Source: Curvularia clavata (lineage: Eukaryota). From it: DNA of 64,000 nt. Of this stretch, positions 24,255 through 37,374 are shown piece after piece; the stretch's first letter is position 1, and every line of letters begins with the position of its first letter. The stretch spans positions 3,038,001-3,102,000 of the forward strand of contig CP089274.1 of assembly GCA_023920165.1 (NCBI GenBank), written 5' to 3'. The translations under genes and the position numbers were made by a program. Under the pieces are notes generated by a model. That model worked only from the letters and a program-made list of their open reading frames with translations, searched no databases and had not been told where the DNA came from.

Positions 24255-24795
24255 ATGTCTGATCGCGAGTTTGGCGGCAACGACGACCTGTCGCTACCAA
24301 AGGGTACCCAGTCTTGCCCTTTGTCCCTCTCTCCCCAGCCCACGGCTAACACGCGCGACAGCGACGGTACAAAAGATTGTCCAAGACATCCTCGCCAGCG
24401 AACCTGGCATGACATTCGCAAAAGACTCCCGAGACCTCCTGATTGAATGCTGCGTCGAGTTCATCACCCTCATCTCCTCCGAGGCCAACGAAATCGCCGA
24501 AAAAGATGCCAAGAAGACCATCGCCTGTGAGCACGTCAAGGCTGCCCTCGAAGAGCTCGACTTTGGCGACTACGTGCCCGCCATTCTCGATGTCGCCCAA
24601 GACTACAAAAAGCAACAGCAGGTATGCGCTGGCCCTGTCATGTGCAAAACTGTCCTCGCCGCTAACGTGGGGTAGAACCGCGAGAAGAAGCAGACCAAGA
24701 TTGAACAAAGCGGCATGACCGAGGAACAGCTCATCGCCGCCCAGGAGGAGCTCTTCAAAACAGCGACGAGCAAGTTCAACGCGCCCTCGCAATGA
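24255..24795 (+). CDS. NCB2: Negative cofactor 2 beta subunit (Dr1, histone fold), 2 introns
   Basis: MSDREFGGNDDLSLPK/ATVQKIV...'LIECCVEFITLISSEANEIAEKDAKKTIACEHV'...'SGMTEEQLIAAQEELF'. Confidence 0.95.
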
Positions 24796-25228
24796 GGCGC
24801 GGCCGCTTGGCTGCATCACTTGTACGAATAACGGGCTCGGTTGCATGGCGTTTGGGCGTGGGCATGGCGAGATGCGGGCAATGGCGTTTGGGTGCACCTT
24901 TTTTCCAATGCATAAGGCTAGGCGTTTTCCAGCGCGCTTCAGTGTGCAGCGGGGCTGCGCCGCGGCACATACATGGCCATGAATTTACCACAATCCTCAC
25001 TTGTCCATCCTTTGCCAGCTGCTTTTATTTTTGTGAATGCGCGTCCATTGCAGTACAGGGCGCGCGAACCCGTCGCGGCCAATGACGTCGGGGCGCGTGG
25101 GCCGCCAACCCCCGCGTAGCCCTGGCCAGTAGCCGCATCCCACCTACATCCATACACCAGCCCATCTCCCAAAGACCGACTCCTACCCGCACCCCCACAA
25201 ATCCGCTGCAATCTGACCACTACTCGCC

Positions 25229-25997
25229 ATGTCTGGCCTCGAGAATGCCCTCTTCAACCTCAAGGTGGGCCGCCCGCACCGCCCCTTTGCTGCTAGAAGC
25301 CAGCCACCTGACATTGCCTAGTTCACAGCCAAGTCGCTGAACCGGCAGGCGCTCAAAGCCGGCAAGGAGGAGCAGGCCGAAAAGGCCAAGCTGGAAAAGG
25401 TACAAGCATAGCAAGCCTTGCTTCCCGAGCATGAGCATCTATTCTGACATGCTCTCCAGGCCATGAAGCAGGGCCACAACGACATCGCTCGCATTTACGC
25501 CGGAAACGCTATTCGCAAACAGAACGAGAAGCTCAACCTCCTGCAGCTCGCCTCCCGAGTCGACGCCGTAGCTGGTCGCGTACAAACCGCCGTTACCATG
25601 CGCCAAATCACAGGCAACATGATGAAGGTCAACAGGAGTCTCGACGTGGCCATGAAGTCCATGAGTCCTGAGCGGGTACGTTGCTGTTATAGTCGCATTC
25701 CAGACCTCCAGGCTAATGCTAACCTTACCGCAGATTGCCGCAGTCATGGTCGACTTTGAGAAACAATTCGAGAACGTCGACTCCGCGACTGAACTTTACC
25801 AGGACATTACCTCCTCTGCCACCGCTGTTGGCACCCCGCAGGAAGACGTTGACCGTCTCATGGCCCAGGCGGCAGACAAAGCCGGCATCGACCTACAACA
25901 AGACCTACAAGAGGCCACGCCAGCAAAGACAAAGGTCGGCCCTACCGAACAGGAAGAGGAGGCCTTTACCGAGAGGCTGCGTGCTCTAAGAAACTGA
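25229..25997 (+). CDS. DID2: ESCRT-III associated protein Did2/Vps46 (CHMP1), 3 introns
   Basis: MSGLENALFNLK/FTAKSLNRQA...'ARIYAGNAIRKQNEKLNLLQLASRVDAVA'; C-terminal MIM1-like 'ERLRALRN'. Confidence 0.95.
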
Positions 25998-26719
25998 GTC
26001 ATGAGCAAGGATCGTTGGAAATGGCCCTTTTTTGGCGTATTTGGAGTTTGAGGTGTCACATTTGCGAAGCGGCTTTTTGCTAGCAAGACCTGACTTGGTT
26101 CTGATACGACATGCTATCATCATAACAATCAAATATTCATCAAGTGGACCCCCTTTCCGTCTTGTCGTCCATGTGCTCTCGCCGAGTCTGTGTTGCTCTA
26201 CACTTTTGTTCATTTGTTTGCATCTATCTTTCCTTAATAGCCATATAATCGTACAAGCAATCCATGAAACAGAATAGGCTGCCTTTTGCCCATATGTCCA
26301 TCTTACTTTGCCATCTGATGATGCCTTTGCTTTGGGTTGGTAGGTCTGGAGTACTTCTAGTGAATCTCCTAAATGCCATTCGGGTCCTTTCTGGTTATTC
26401 ATTCTGCACGTATATCTGCTTATTCTTTTCTCTGGCTATTCAAGATGCAAGAAGAATGTGTACCGTTGTTTGTAAACAAGATGGAATCAACGACTACCTT
26501 TGTCCATTTTTTGTTTTCTCGACAGATACCACTTACTCTTAATTTGCTAATGAACTAATTTCATGTTTTGAGAGAAGCAAGTTTGTAATGCTACAACAAC
26601 TCTTGTAAAAAGAATATCGTCAAGTGCAGTAATAGCATCAGAAAAATTAGGTGCAGAAGACCACAGAAAGTTTCTTTGATATATAACCAATATCAAGACT
26701 ATCAACCCAGAAGAACCAT

Positions 26720-27700
26720 TCACTCTAACCTATCAAAATGCCTCATAGTACAGGTCTTTCCCTCAAGATCAAACGGTCCTTCTCCGGTCTTCCAGCAGCA
26801 AAAGAATTCCTAATCTTCCTCTTCATATGTGCGACTTTCCACTTTGTGTCCCGAAGCTTCACAAGATTTACATTACCAACGTTATTCGCAAGACGGCAGT
26901 GAAACAGCAACGCATAAGACAAGTCTCAGCTTCCACATCTTGAATGCCTACATGGCGCTCCGCCACCCAGCAATGTGGTTCAGCGCTATCATCTCTTCTT
27001 GAGCTCCACGGGGTTTTACCCTCGAGGTGGCTTGCGAATAAAGTTGAGAAGAAAAAAAAAACCCTACGTGATCACGTCCAGCTTGCACATGCTGACGTCC
27101 CGTCGTGCTTACACATCCCGTTCATCTTTATTAACAAGCCGACAAAAACCCGTCGCTCGGCAGAGTCTGTGAGTGAAAACTTTTCCACGAATCATAGCCG
27201 GTGCCTCTTTAACCAGAGTTGCTTGACTTTACGGGAAAAGAGCTTTGGTCTCAAATTTCCACCGGGTTCATCAGCGCTAGACCTAGTATCGCGTAGGGAA
27301 CCAAAACACTGCAGAAACTACCCGCGTGCAATCAATTTTCTTTGAGAGCATTTATCTGGGCTTGAAAACAGCCTGCTATGAAAATTATGCCCATGACTTC
27401 GGCCTCTGTATCGCATGATTAGGTGACGAAGAGACTTGGATGCTTGAAGAAGAATCATGTGTTTGAGCCTGTTGTTTTGGTTGGCTATGGATTCGATTCC
27501 TGGGTATTGATTGGGCATCAACAGACGCATATGGACAACCTGGTCACGATACGCAGAATACATCCTTGAAGAGAGCAGTGTTAATGTCGGTGATACATTA
27601 GTTTATACCCAGAAAGATGGAACCGATTCGGAGCCTACGGCTTCTGGTGTCAGTAGCTTCCGCTCGCGCATAGATTCCATTGGTGTTGTAAGGGAGCGGC
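26720..27700 (-). pseudogene. Possible decayed orphan gene
   Basis: Protein-like minus-strand fragments (ORF 27318-27563; 'YEEED*EFFCCWKTGEGPFDLEGKTCTMRHFDRLE*') are broken by stops and frame changes. No family recognised. Confidence 0.22.
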
Positions 27701-28999
27701 CCTTCGGCATTGTATCTAGCGGTCTATCAGTGCACTGATATCGCGGCAAAGACTCTAGAGACCCGTGGTTAGACTACTCAACCCCCCACGAAGGGCACTA
27801 GACACCTATAGTATAGTGAGGGCGTTGCGCAGGCGTTCTATGGGAACGTGTTGCTTGCCCATATGGATACGGATATCTAGTAGTACTAGACGGGCATGAG
27901 TCAATCTTACACTCTCTTCACTTATTGCTCGCTGCTATCAGTCTTCTTACAGGTGTGCTGTAGCCAACCGAAATGTCTGATCTGCTGACCTTCAGAGCTA
28001 ATGAGATGGTGGCTAAAGGTTTATTATTACTCCTCTATATCTTAACAGTCACAAGCTCCTAGTTTTCCGAGAAGCTTAATCGCCTCTAAAACAGGTTAGG
28101 TTAGATGGAGGAGCTTAAGTTACAAAGGCTTGGATTTTCGTACCGGGGTTTCCTCCCACTCGACCACACTCGACTTGAGAATATGCATGCATCGCGAAGA
28201 TGTTGGTTCATATTCTTCTCCATAGAAACATATAGATGCTGTACTCAAGCTCTGAAGTTGGGAACTGTCTATCAAAAAAACGACAACACAAGCGGTTAAA
28301 CTTAGTATATGCTGATAAATAGTGGCCAGGATGAGATTGGCTAGCAGCAAAGAAGATGATGACCGGCAAAATTCTGGCATCATCAATTTACCGCCTCAAG
28401 GCTCTCTTCTTGCAGAACATCCATGTATGCTTGCTTAGTGGCTTGATGTTAGTGCGAGCTGCTGCATTGCCTAACATGGCTTTCTTATACGAGGTGCGGG
28501 GTCGAAGGCCAATGAGATAAGTTCCCGTATGTACCTACTACTACAGGAAGACTTCCTTACTATCTGTTATCTCTTTTTTCTTTTACTCTGTGATTGTCGA
28601 CATATGCTTGATTGGTCCAAACAGTACTGATATTTCGCGACTCACTATTCACTCAATGAACCGCCTCTATGCCGCCTTGACCAGTAACTGACTCATCAAC
28701 TTCGACGTTTATTTCAATAGAGTTTGTTGAGAATTAGAACGCTTGAATCTAATAAATGGCTTATCAAACATCGCACTATATTCTAGACCGAGTTGTTGCA
28801 TGGTCTTTTCTCTTGCACGTCTTAGCCAGTGAACGATAGCCATATATCACTGCCCCTAGGCTTGGAGGGTTGTAATGTTATAGTTGCAGAGCGGAGTACG
28901 GAGCGTGCAACTGCAACATGGTATATATAGTAATACATAGACTGTATCGCTTATCTATTCATATCTAGTTATTCATATCTAGTGGTCGCGAAATAGTAA

Positions 29000-29420
29000 G
29001 TGAGCAGATTTTGGAAGATTGCACGCTTTCTATGTGAGTTTCGACGTTCAAGAGCTTGTCGCGTCGCTGATTTTGACCGGAGCCGACGAAAAGATATACA
29101 TCTCGCCAAAATGGAGAGAAGGTGTGGAGCGCTGTCAAATAAGGACCAAGGCGAGGACCAGGGCTGGCTGCAAAATGAGTCAAAGAATTACGATACGATC
29201 GAAACGAAGGCACATATCGTTTGGGCTTCTGGCGCATAGGAATGCTGGGGGTCCAGCTTGAGAGGAAAGCGTGAGGAGACGACGGAGCGCGCAGGCTAGA
29301 GAGTGATTCTGCAGAAATGCAGACGGAATCCACTCCTCCTGAATTACATGCTCAAAGGCTCTTCGCAGACGATTGTGTTGAGGTTTGCCCTGGCTACGCA
29401 AGCTATCCGTGTCGTTTCCT
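29000..29420 (+). pseudogene. Possible decayed gene fragment
   Basis: 'HAFYVSFDVQELVASLILTGADEKIYISPKWREGVERC...HISFGLLAHRNAGG' continues through TGA stops into 'GIHSS*ITC...RRRLC*GLPWL'. No family recognised. Confidence 0.22.
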
Positions 29421-30449
29421 GTTGGTTTGTAAATGTGAATCAGTATTTCGCATCACACCTGTACCTTCGTCGTTCTCTGCTGTGTTGGCATGTTTCTCAT
29501 TGTTGCATGCGTGGTTTTCTGGCTGTATGTGTAGTGCCAGAGTAAATTGTGCGCCTCTTACAGCCCTTGGAGTACTTCTCATTCAGCCCTGTGCAACCAG
29601 TCCTGTGTCTATAGCAAACAACATGCATTAAGTCAAGAAACCGCGAAAGACAATCAAGAGCCTGACTGACAGGCGTGGACCAGCCCGTCTTGAAACCTAA
29701 TAGAGTTTTCATGGGGAAGTTGGATCGTGGAGACGCGGGGACGCCCACAACTGCAGGGCCCAGGCTACTGGCGCGTACCAGGTCATCGGGGGAAAGAAGC
29801 CGATCGTAGCAAAGCATGTGCATTTGCGTGCAGGAAGCTAGCGAGTGTAACGGTAAGTGCAGGGCCTAGAAACAGAGATTCGTTGTTATGCAAGTTTCAT
29901 GCGGGCACCTGACCAATGGACAAAAATATCAAGGTGAATAGCTTCTCGTGTCTAGAACACAACCCCGAAGCACTTCAACCGTCATGGTGCCGTTACCTGG
30001 TCGGCGTACTTTTTCATTTCAGAGGCAATCCAATTCCTCGCTGCATCAATGCCACGCATTGAGCTGTTGTATGTCACAGGCGTGTAGCTGGTGTTTGTTG
30101 GCGTGTCATGCCTCCTGAGGTCATGCCAGACGGTCGAAAGGCGGTTGGTGTTCACCTCGCGAATTAATACACCGAGGTTGGGGTCGCGGGGCAGGCGCCT
30201 GTTCCGTCTCGGATAATGGATCAGTGCCGGCCCAGGCGGATGGCTTACGGAGAAGAGCTTGGTATGCTCTTCTACGAGCTAGGGGTGGCGTGGGTGGCGT
30301 ACTGTCAAACCTGACGACGATGATGGGGTAATACATGCCACCGTGCGGTGTGCTGGTGAATGTATTATATATACAATTACCATGCTGATCACAGTAGCGA
30401 CATGTAGCGGTGACTATCCAGGCTAAAGTAGCCATGTGAGTGGAAACCG

Positions 30450-30950
30450 GCGGGGGTCAGCCCCGGCGCTGCAATTATCGTAGGTGAAAAACGAATGTCC
30501 GGGGAGAAAGTGTGGGCAACCCGCACAGTTCAAGCTTCAGCGGGGCCGGATAAAATCAGTCGCATGCGGGGATGGGGTAACGTTGGACGGGGCTCTACGA
30601 CCGGGGGCGTGATAGGCTGCTAAGTTGCAATACGACGGCTTAGGCCAACAAGGAATCAGCCACCGTCAGGGCGCCTTTCTACATCTGGGTTTTCCCGGTG
30701 GTTTCAACGCGGCTAACCAAAGCATCGTCAAGGAGGAGCTGTCAAGACTAAGCTCGTGACAGTCGAATCACACACGGGGCGGCTGGTTGGCGTCAGGCCA
30801 GTTTGATAGCCAGATTGATCTGATTGATGGAGTAAACCACAGACCCCAGATGCCGGTATGTGTTACTCCGGGGAAATGGGCCCTTGCTGATAGACACTTT
30901 ATTTAACAGTGAGGCCATTGCCAGTGATTGTCGCTTTTGCTCCCCACTCC
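30450..30950 (+). promoter_or_regulatory. Cluster of CreA/Cre1-type SYGGRG carbon-catabolite-repression sites upstream of the sugar permease
   Basis: Matches on either strand at 30450, 30461, 30499, 30540, 30566, 30601, 30844, 30866/30868 and 30942; TATA-like TTTATTTAA at 30898. Confidence 0.6.
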
Positions 30951-31005
30951 CTGCATCCCTCTTTTACACCACACACTCTGGTTGTGTCGGTCTACATCTG
31001 CAAGT

Positions 31006-32805
31006 ATGGGTGATCACATCGATTCAAAGCCATATGGCGCCGACGCACACATCGAGAAGGCCATGTCGAACGTCGACCTGGACGAGAAGACGCAAGCCAT
31101 GCAAAATAAGGCGGCTGCTATCGAGGCAGAAAATGCAGAGCACAACATGGGAGTGCCACAGGCGGTCAAGGAATACCCCATGGCCGCCATCTGGGCCTTC
31201 ATCATGTCTTGCACCATTGTCAGTCGCCACTCCCTTCTGGCCCCGCAGAGGCCATCTTCCATTGGAAACCCCGAGGCTAACACCATGTCTAGATTATGGA
31301 ATCCTACTGTGTCTTTCTCATGGGAAACTTCATTGCTCTTCCCGCCTTTGCAAATCGATATGGTGTCTACAGCCCAGTCAAAGACAAGTATGTCATTGTA
31401 GCCAGCTGGCAGTCTGCGCTCCAAATGGGTGGACCAGTTGGTGCAATCATCGGCGTCTGTCTAGCTGGTCCCCTCACCAGCCGCATCGGATATCGCTGGG
31501 CGACCATCAGTGGACTTATGTTGTTGAACGCCTTCATCTTCATCTTCTACTTTGCCGACTCGCTGCCAGTCATGTTTGTCGCTCAGCTTCTCGAGGGTAT
31601 TCCATGGGGTATCTTCATTGCAAACGCCCCAGCGTACTGCAGTGAGATCACGCCAATCCAGCTGAGAGCTCCCGCCACTCAGATGTTGCAAATGTTCTGG
31701 GCCATTGGCTCTATCATTGTCGGTGGCGTTACCTACAAATACAACAAACAGCTCACCCCGAGTGCTTTCAGGTACGTAGTCCAGTTTTCAAACGTAATAC
31801 ATTCGCTGACCGAGCAACAGGATTCCTATCGCGCTTCAATGGATGTTCCCAACTCCCCTTGCTATCCTTATTTTCTTGGCACCAGAGTCACCTTGGTGGT
31901 TGACTCGCAAGGGCCGTCTTGAAGAGGCTGAGAAGTCGGTTGGACGTCTTGGACGCAGATCGAAGGTCAACACCAGCGAGGCTGTTGCTATGATGCGCCG
32001 TACAATTGATCTTGAGAAATCAGTTAAGGATCCCAACATCTTCGAACTCTTCAGGGGTGTTGATCGCTACCGAACCCTCATTGTATGCGGTGTGTACGCT
32101 GCACAGAACTTGACGGGTAACCTCATCGCCAACCAGGCCGTCTACTTCTTTGAGCAGGCTGGCATGTCGACGGACACTGCATTCGCCCTTGGTCTGATTA
32201 CATCCGCTCTTCAGATGATCTTTGTCATGCTCTCCTGGATCTTGACTTCGTACCTCGGCCGACGCACCATTTACGTGTGGGGTTCTCTCATCAACGTAGG
32301 CTTCCTCATTGCCCTAGGTATTGCTGCTTCTGTTGGTCAGCCAACCGAGGCTATTAAGAGGGCTTGCTCGCTGGCACAGGCTTCCCTCGGTCTTATCGTC
32401 TCTGTGCTCTTCACCTTGGGTCCCGCTCCCGCTTCTTGGGTCATTATCGGAGAAACATCTGCCATTCGTCTCAGGCCCCTGACAACCGGTATCGGACGTG
32501 GTTGCTACTACGCAGTCAATATTCCCTGCATTTTCCTTTCAAGTTACATGCTCAACCCTGATGTAAGATCTTCCCTCCTTTGAACCCTACCTAGAACAAT
32601 TGCTAATTCAGTACAGGAGGCAAATCTCGGTGGCAAGTGCGGTTATGTTTGGGGCGGAACTGGTTTCTTTTGCTTCGTCGTGGCATACTTCTACCTGCCG
32701 GAGATGAAGAACCGATCGTACCGTGAGATTGACATTCTGTTCCACCGCAAGGTTCCTGCTCGTCAGTGGTCAAAGACTGTCGTTGAGGCGACAGACGACG
32801 AGTAG
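31006..32805 (+). CDS. MFS sugar porter, maltose/alpha-glucoside permease-like (exons 31006-31218, 31293-31771, 31821-32562, 32617-32805; 540 aa)
   Basis: 'IIMESY', 'WQSALQMG', 'AYCSEITPIQLRA', 'PESPWWL', 'GETSAIRLR' and 'LPEMKNRSYREIDILF' are typical of the MAL11/MAL31-like clade. Confidence 0.9.
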
Positions 32806-33887
32806 AGAGAGGCTGTTACAAGGACCAAAGTATCATGTGGATTGCAGCAAAGGGTCGATAGGCTATCAGTGAAGTCTCTTAGTGGAACACCAAGTACTTA
32901 CTGGATCATAATAAAATCGCTGAAACCTGTCTTGACTGTATATGGGTTTTCATGACGTTTAGTGAATACATCCATCTCTAGAGAATTGATGCCACAATAT
33001 TGATGATTTCTGAATCGAAGAAGTGATTGTTACTTTACGATTCTAGACAGTTGACATCTCCACCATTCTCTTGTGTGCGTTCCCATACCAAGATATCGTC
33101 TCTCTTGGCCATGCCAACCCTTGTGCTCGTAGTTTTGGGATCGCAACCCGGGTGGACGGTTACGGAGCGGTGGGTCTTGACAAGCTACCACTCATCGTCC
33201 GAGGAAATGTACCTCGTGATGAACCTGTGGGTCTTCCCGGCTCATCTTCGCGAGTTTACTCACCTAGAACGGTGAACAATCCGCACATCCCTGGTAGTGA
33301 TAGGTCGAACTAAAGCTGCAATGGATGTGTGCAGACACGGTTACGCAGGTCTACGGGCCGCTGAGCGCCCTATGATTAGTTACATCATCTCGTCTTGGCC
33401 CGGTTACTAGTGAATGCAGGAATTGGGGGTTGAATGCAAGAGCAATTAGTACACTTGAAAGGTGCAGATATAGCTTCGAAGTTCTCCATTGTGGGCAATC
33501 CATCACATCTTATTGCGAATATGTAGACAAAACGTGAATAGCCAGACCTTATGGAACACAACTTGGAAAGTTCAGGTCTAAATATCTCAGTAGTAATACT
33601 TCCAGCGCCTCTCAAGGTTCGGCTTCTCGTCTTTGATCCCATCACGTCCTAGCTACACTCAAAAGCGGTTTAGCGCAAGTACCTTGGTAACCCCGTTCAG
33701 CGATGTCACTTCTTGTGCTGTTTTACTGCATCCGATAATATATCAACTGTTGGTTTTTCTATTACATCTAATACCTTCTCTGTCGGTCAACTGCGAGTGC
33801 ATTGCGCGTACCCTTCACCCACTACAATATGCCGGAAGTCTAGAAGCGGTTCTGGGCTTCCTGCAAGTGACCCAGAACAACATCAAG

Positions 33888-34660
33888 ATGGCTCAAATTA
33901 TCAACGATGGCGATATCATCTCTTTCAGAGGTGATTGAAGTGATGATCCCCTAATCGATTTCGATTTCCGCAACGCTAATGCTTGGTAGCTGCTCGAGTC
34001 ATATGGTTGTGTATACCTTAAGCCATCCGTGGATCTTACGCAAGGCCATGTCCGAGCATTACGGATCAAACTCCCCAGAACGGCTTGTTTTAGACAAGAA
34101 GCGTACTAGAACATTTGACTCTAAACTTTCATGGTGGAGAAAGAGTAGCAATATGGTGCGATACAATGAGGTTGCATCCCACCAGACCTTGCAGGGTCAT
34201 TCTGGTTTCGTCATATCCAGGCCTGAAGAGCAACCCTCCTTGTTACCGGTCGACATTCTCAATGTTTCTTTTTTCGAAGCGCGGCAGCATGTTTCATGAC
34301 GAAGGAAATGGCAACAGCATGACACGGCGAAGGACAACAAGACTACTATACGCAAAATGCATTGCGTACACGAGCTGGTCGGGAGCTCATTACGCGGTTC
34401 CTTACCGGCCAGCCGTTCATCAAAAGAAAGCGCATTCTTAACCTCTCATCAAGTGGAAGCCATACATCACAAGGAAACTTCAAGGCCAGGCCAGTTTTCG
34501 TCTGCTATCTGGCGGGTCCTAGAGAAGGAGTGCCGTATGTTGAGCCGAACGCCTGAGCTTGATGGCAGGGGCACCAAGAAAGGGAACCTCGGTCGGCCGA
34601 TCATGACATCGGTGTACGTGCCTAGGATGATTAGAAGCTACTAGGAAGCATTACCGAGAC
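33888..34660 (+). pseudogene. Probable decayed ORF of unknown family
   Basis: ATG in good context (CAAGATGG), then MAQIINDGDIISFRGD*SDDPLIDFDFRNANAW*LLESYG. After a frame change there is a long frame (33979-34299, then 34357-34644) interrupted by a single TGA. Confidence 0.3.
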
Positions 34661-34697
34661 CATGATTTCTGGGACAGCTTCCGTTGTCGTCCGGGTG

Positions 34698-35238
34698 GCC
34701 AAGGCTCATGACTGAGGCCATGGAAGAAACAAACATATCCACGTGTATCGACTGAAACACGCGTGAAAACCCCGCGGAAGGAGAATGCGATTCAGCAGAA
34801 GGCATGTCGATCGGCTTTGCCTATTTGTGGCTTTCTCCCATGGCACCGTGCCTGGACTGCAATCGGGTGGTATGCCTGATATGTAACGACATTATCAGCA
34901 ACGATTGGCAAGATTAAAGGCGATCCCTGAACGAGCCGAGGCCCCATACGAAGCAACCTTGGCGGTCTGTCGGGCGTGCGTTAGGCCAGGTACAGCACCA
35001 TCATGCGCAATTCTGTACCACTCGCCATACACATTGGAAGGCCAGGCATACATGATGGCGTGTGTAGCTCACAAAACTCGGTACCGTCGAACCTGGCACC
35101 GCACCACGCGCGGAGGCATAAACCCAGCCCCGACTGCAGCTCCCCACATACGCTAATATGCCGCAATACATCTCCCAACCAAGAAACTGCCCCATTCGCC
35201 ATCAAAATAGTCACCAAGCGGCCCTTGGCAGGCTTGGC
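34698..35238 (+). promoter_or_regulatory. Cluster of PacC-type GCCARG sites upstream of the aminopeptidase
   Basis: GCCARG on either strand at 34698, 34958, 34985, 35041, 35092, 35224 and 35233. Confidence 0.5.
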
Positions 35239-35597
35239 AAGCCCGGAATTGAAGCTCACCAAGGCCGCTTATCACGTCTTAACACGGCTCGCGTGCTTGT
35301 CCGCTGGGCCCACAACCGTTATTGGTGGGTGAAGCCGTCAGACTCGTGTGTGGGTGCTCCCACTTGTCTTCATTAAGCAGGTCGCAAAAAGCTTTGTGTG
35401 TGGGCTTTGATTGTAAGCTGCAGCTCAGGCATGTTGTGGTGTTGGTAGTAGTGGTATTCCCGGTCTCTGGGCCCATTTCTAGTTGCAACCTGCAGCCGGC
35501 ATGGAATTAGGCAAGCTAGCAATGAACATAAATTGCACAGCGTGCCCTTCCATTCTAGAAAAATAGCCTCCTTTGCAACCAGCAAGCGATACTCATA

Positions 35598-37189
35598 ATG
35601 TCTTACCTAAAGTCAATCGTAGCTTTTGCTGCGTGTGCGACAGCAGTCGAGGCGGCAGCCGTCCATCCTCGCAACTACAAGACCCTAGTCGATTCGGTAC
35701 GAACATTCAGATGCCAAATCTCGAGTTTCTCTAACACACCTTACAGCAATCGCTTCGCGACACGCTTGACATTGACAACTTGTTTGCAAAGGCGGAGACC
35801 CTCCAAGAGATCGCCTACAACACGCCGGGGAAGAACCGTGTGATCGGTAGCCCGGGACACGAGGATACCGTTGAATGGATCAAGGGCCATCTCGAGGCAT
35901 TCCCTGACTACTACGATGTGTACACTCAGGACGTGCCTCTATCCATCGGAACTAATGCCACACTCACTGCCAATAATAAGACCATTGAGGCTTTTGCTGT
36001 AACTCTGGCTCCTGGGGGCCACGTTAGTGGTCCGCTCGTTGCTATTCCTAACCTGGGCTGCGAAGAGGTAGGTTCATCCATCCGCATAACTTGAGAAAAC
36101 AAGGCTGATGTTGAAAAGGCGGATTTCCCCGAATCTCTTGAGGGATCAATTGCTTTGATCAAGCGTGGTACTTGCTCTTATGGCGAAAAGGTCCAGATTG
36201 CAGCTGCCAAGGGAGCTCTTGGTGTCGTGGCATGGAACAATGCCGAGGGCACCCTTGAGGGCTACTCGCTGCAGGTTTTGTACCCTAAGGGTAAATTTGT
36301 CCCTACAGCTGGTATCACTATGGGACAGGGAGAGGCTCTTCTGGCGCAGCTCAACACGGGCGTCAAGATTACTGTCGACATGGCCACAGAGGCCAGTGTT
36401 TACAACACGCGCAACGTTATTGCGGAGACAAAGGCTGGAGACCACAACAACGTGATCCACGTCAGTGGCCACTCGGACTCCGTCACGGCCGGTCCAGGTA
36501 TCAACGACAACGGATCTGGTACTATCTCTATTCTTGAGATCGCCATCCAGCTCACCAACTTCACCGTCAACAACGCTGTGCGCTTCAGCTGGTGGACGGC
36601 AGAGGAAGCCGGTCTTCTGGGCGCCGAATACTACGTGCACCAGCTCTCTCAAGCAGAGAAGGACAAGATCCGTCTGCTGTTGGATTTTGACATGATGGCG
36701 TCGCCCAACTTTGCCTACCAGATTTATGATGGCGATGGCTCGGCATACAACCTCACTGGACCTGTCGGTTCTGCCGAGGCCGAACACGAGTTTGCCGCCT
36801 ACTTTGACAGCATTGGCCTCAACCACACCGAGATTGAATTCGACGGTCGCTCAGACTACGGTCCTTTCCTTGAGGCTGGCATTGCTGCCGGTGGTATTGC
36901 CGGTGGTGCCGAGGGCATCAAGACTGAAGAGGAGGCTGCCATGTTCGGCGGAGGTGCTGGCGTTCCTTATGATGTTAACTACCACGAGGACGGCGATACC
37001 GTTAACAACCTGAACCTGGATGCCTGGATCGAGTTCACCAGGGCTATTGCGCACATGACTGCTACCTACGCTGTCTCATGGGACAGCATCCCGCCAAAGA
37101 ACGCGACGGCCGCGCAGAAGCGATCAGAGAGGTATGCGGCGTACAAGCAGGCATTCCAGAAGACGGAGCGATACCAGAAGTGGGTATAA
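35598..37189 (+). CDS. Secreted/vacuolar M28 aminopeptidase with PA domain (aminopeptidase Y/Lap2-like); exons 35598-35696, 35747-36067, 36119-37189
   Basis: Signal peptide, PA-domain 'IKRGTCSY', and Zn ligands 'GHSDSV', 'NDNGSG', 'AEEAGL', 'DMMAS' and 'NYH'. Confidence 0.93.
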
Positions 37190-37374
37190 ATGAGCTAGGC
37201 TCGAAGCCATAGTGTAGCTATGAGTTTAGATATGATTGCAATGGTGAAAATGAGAATGACTCTGACATGTTTTGGGCGCAAATATACATTGTGATATAGG
37301 TGAATGAGCGAATTAGGGAACCTGAATTTCGTATTGCTCCATTACGTGACGAACCTGAACTAAAAGCGTTGATT

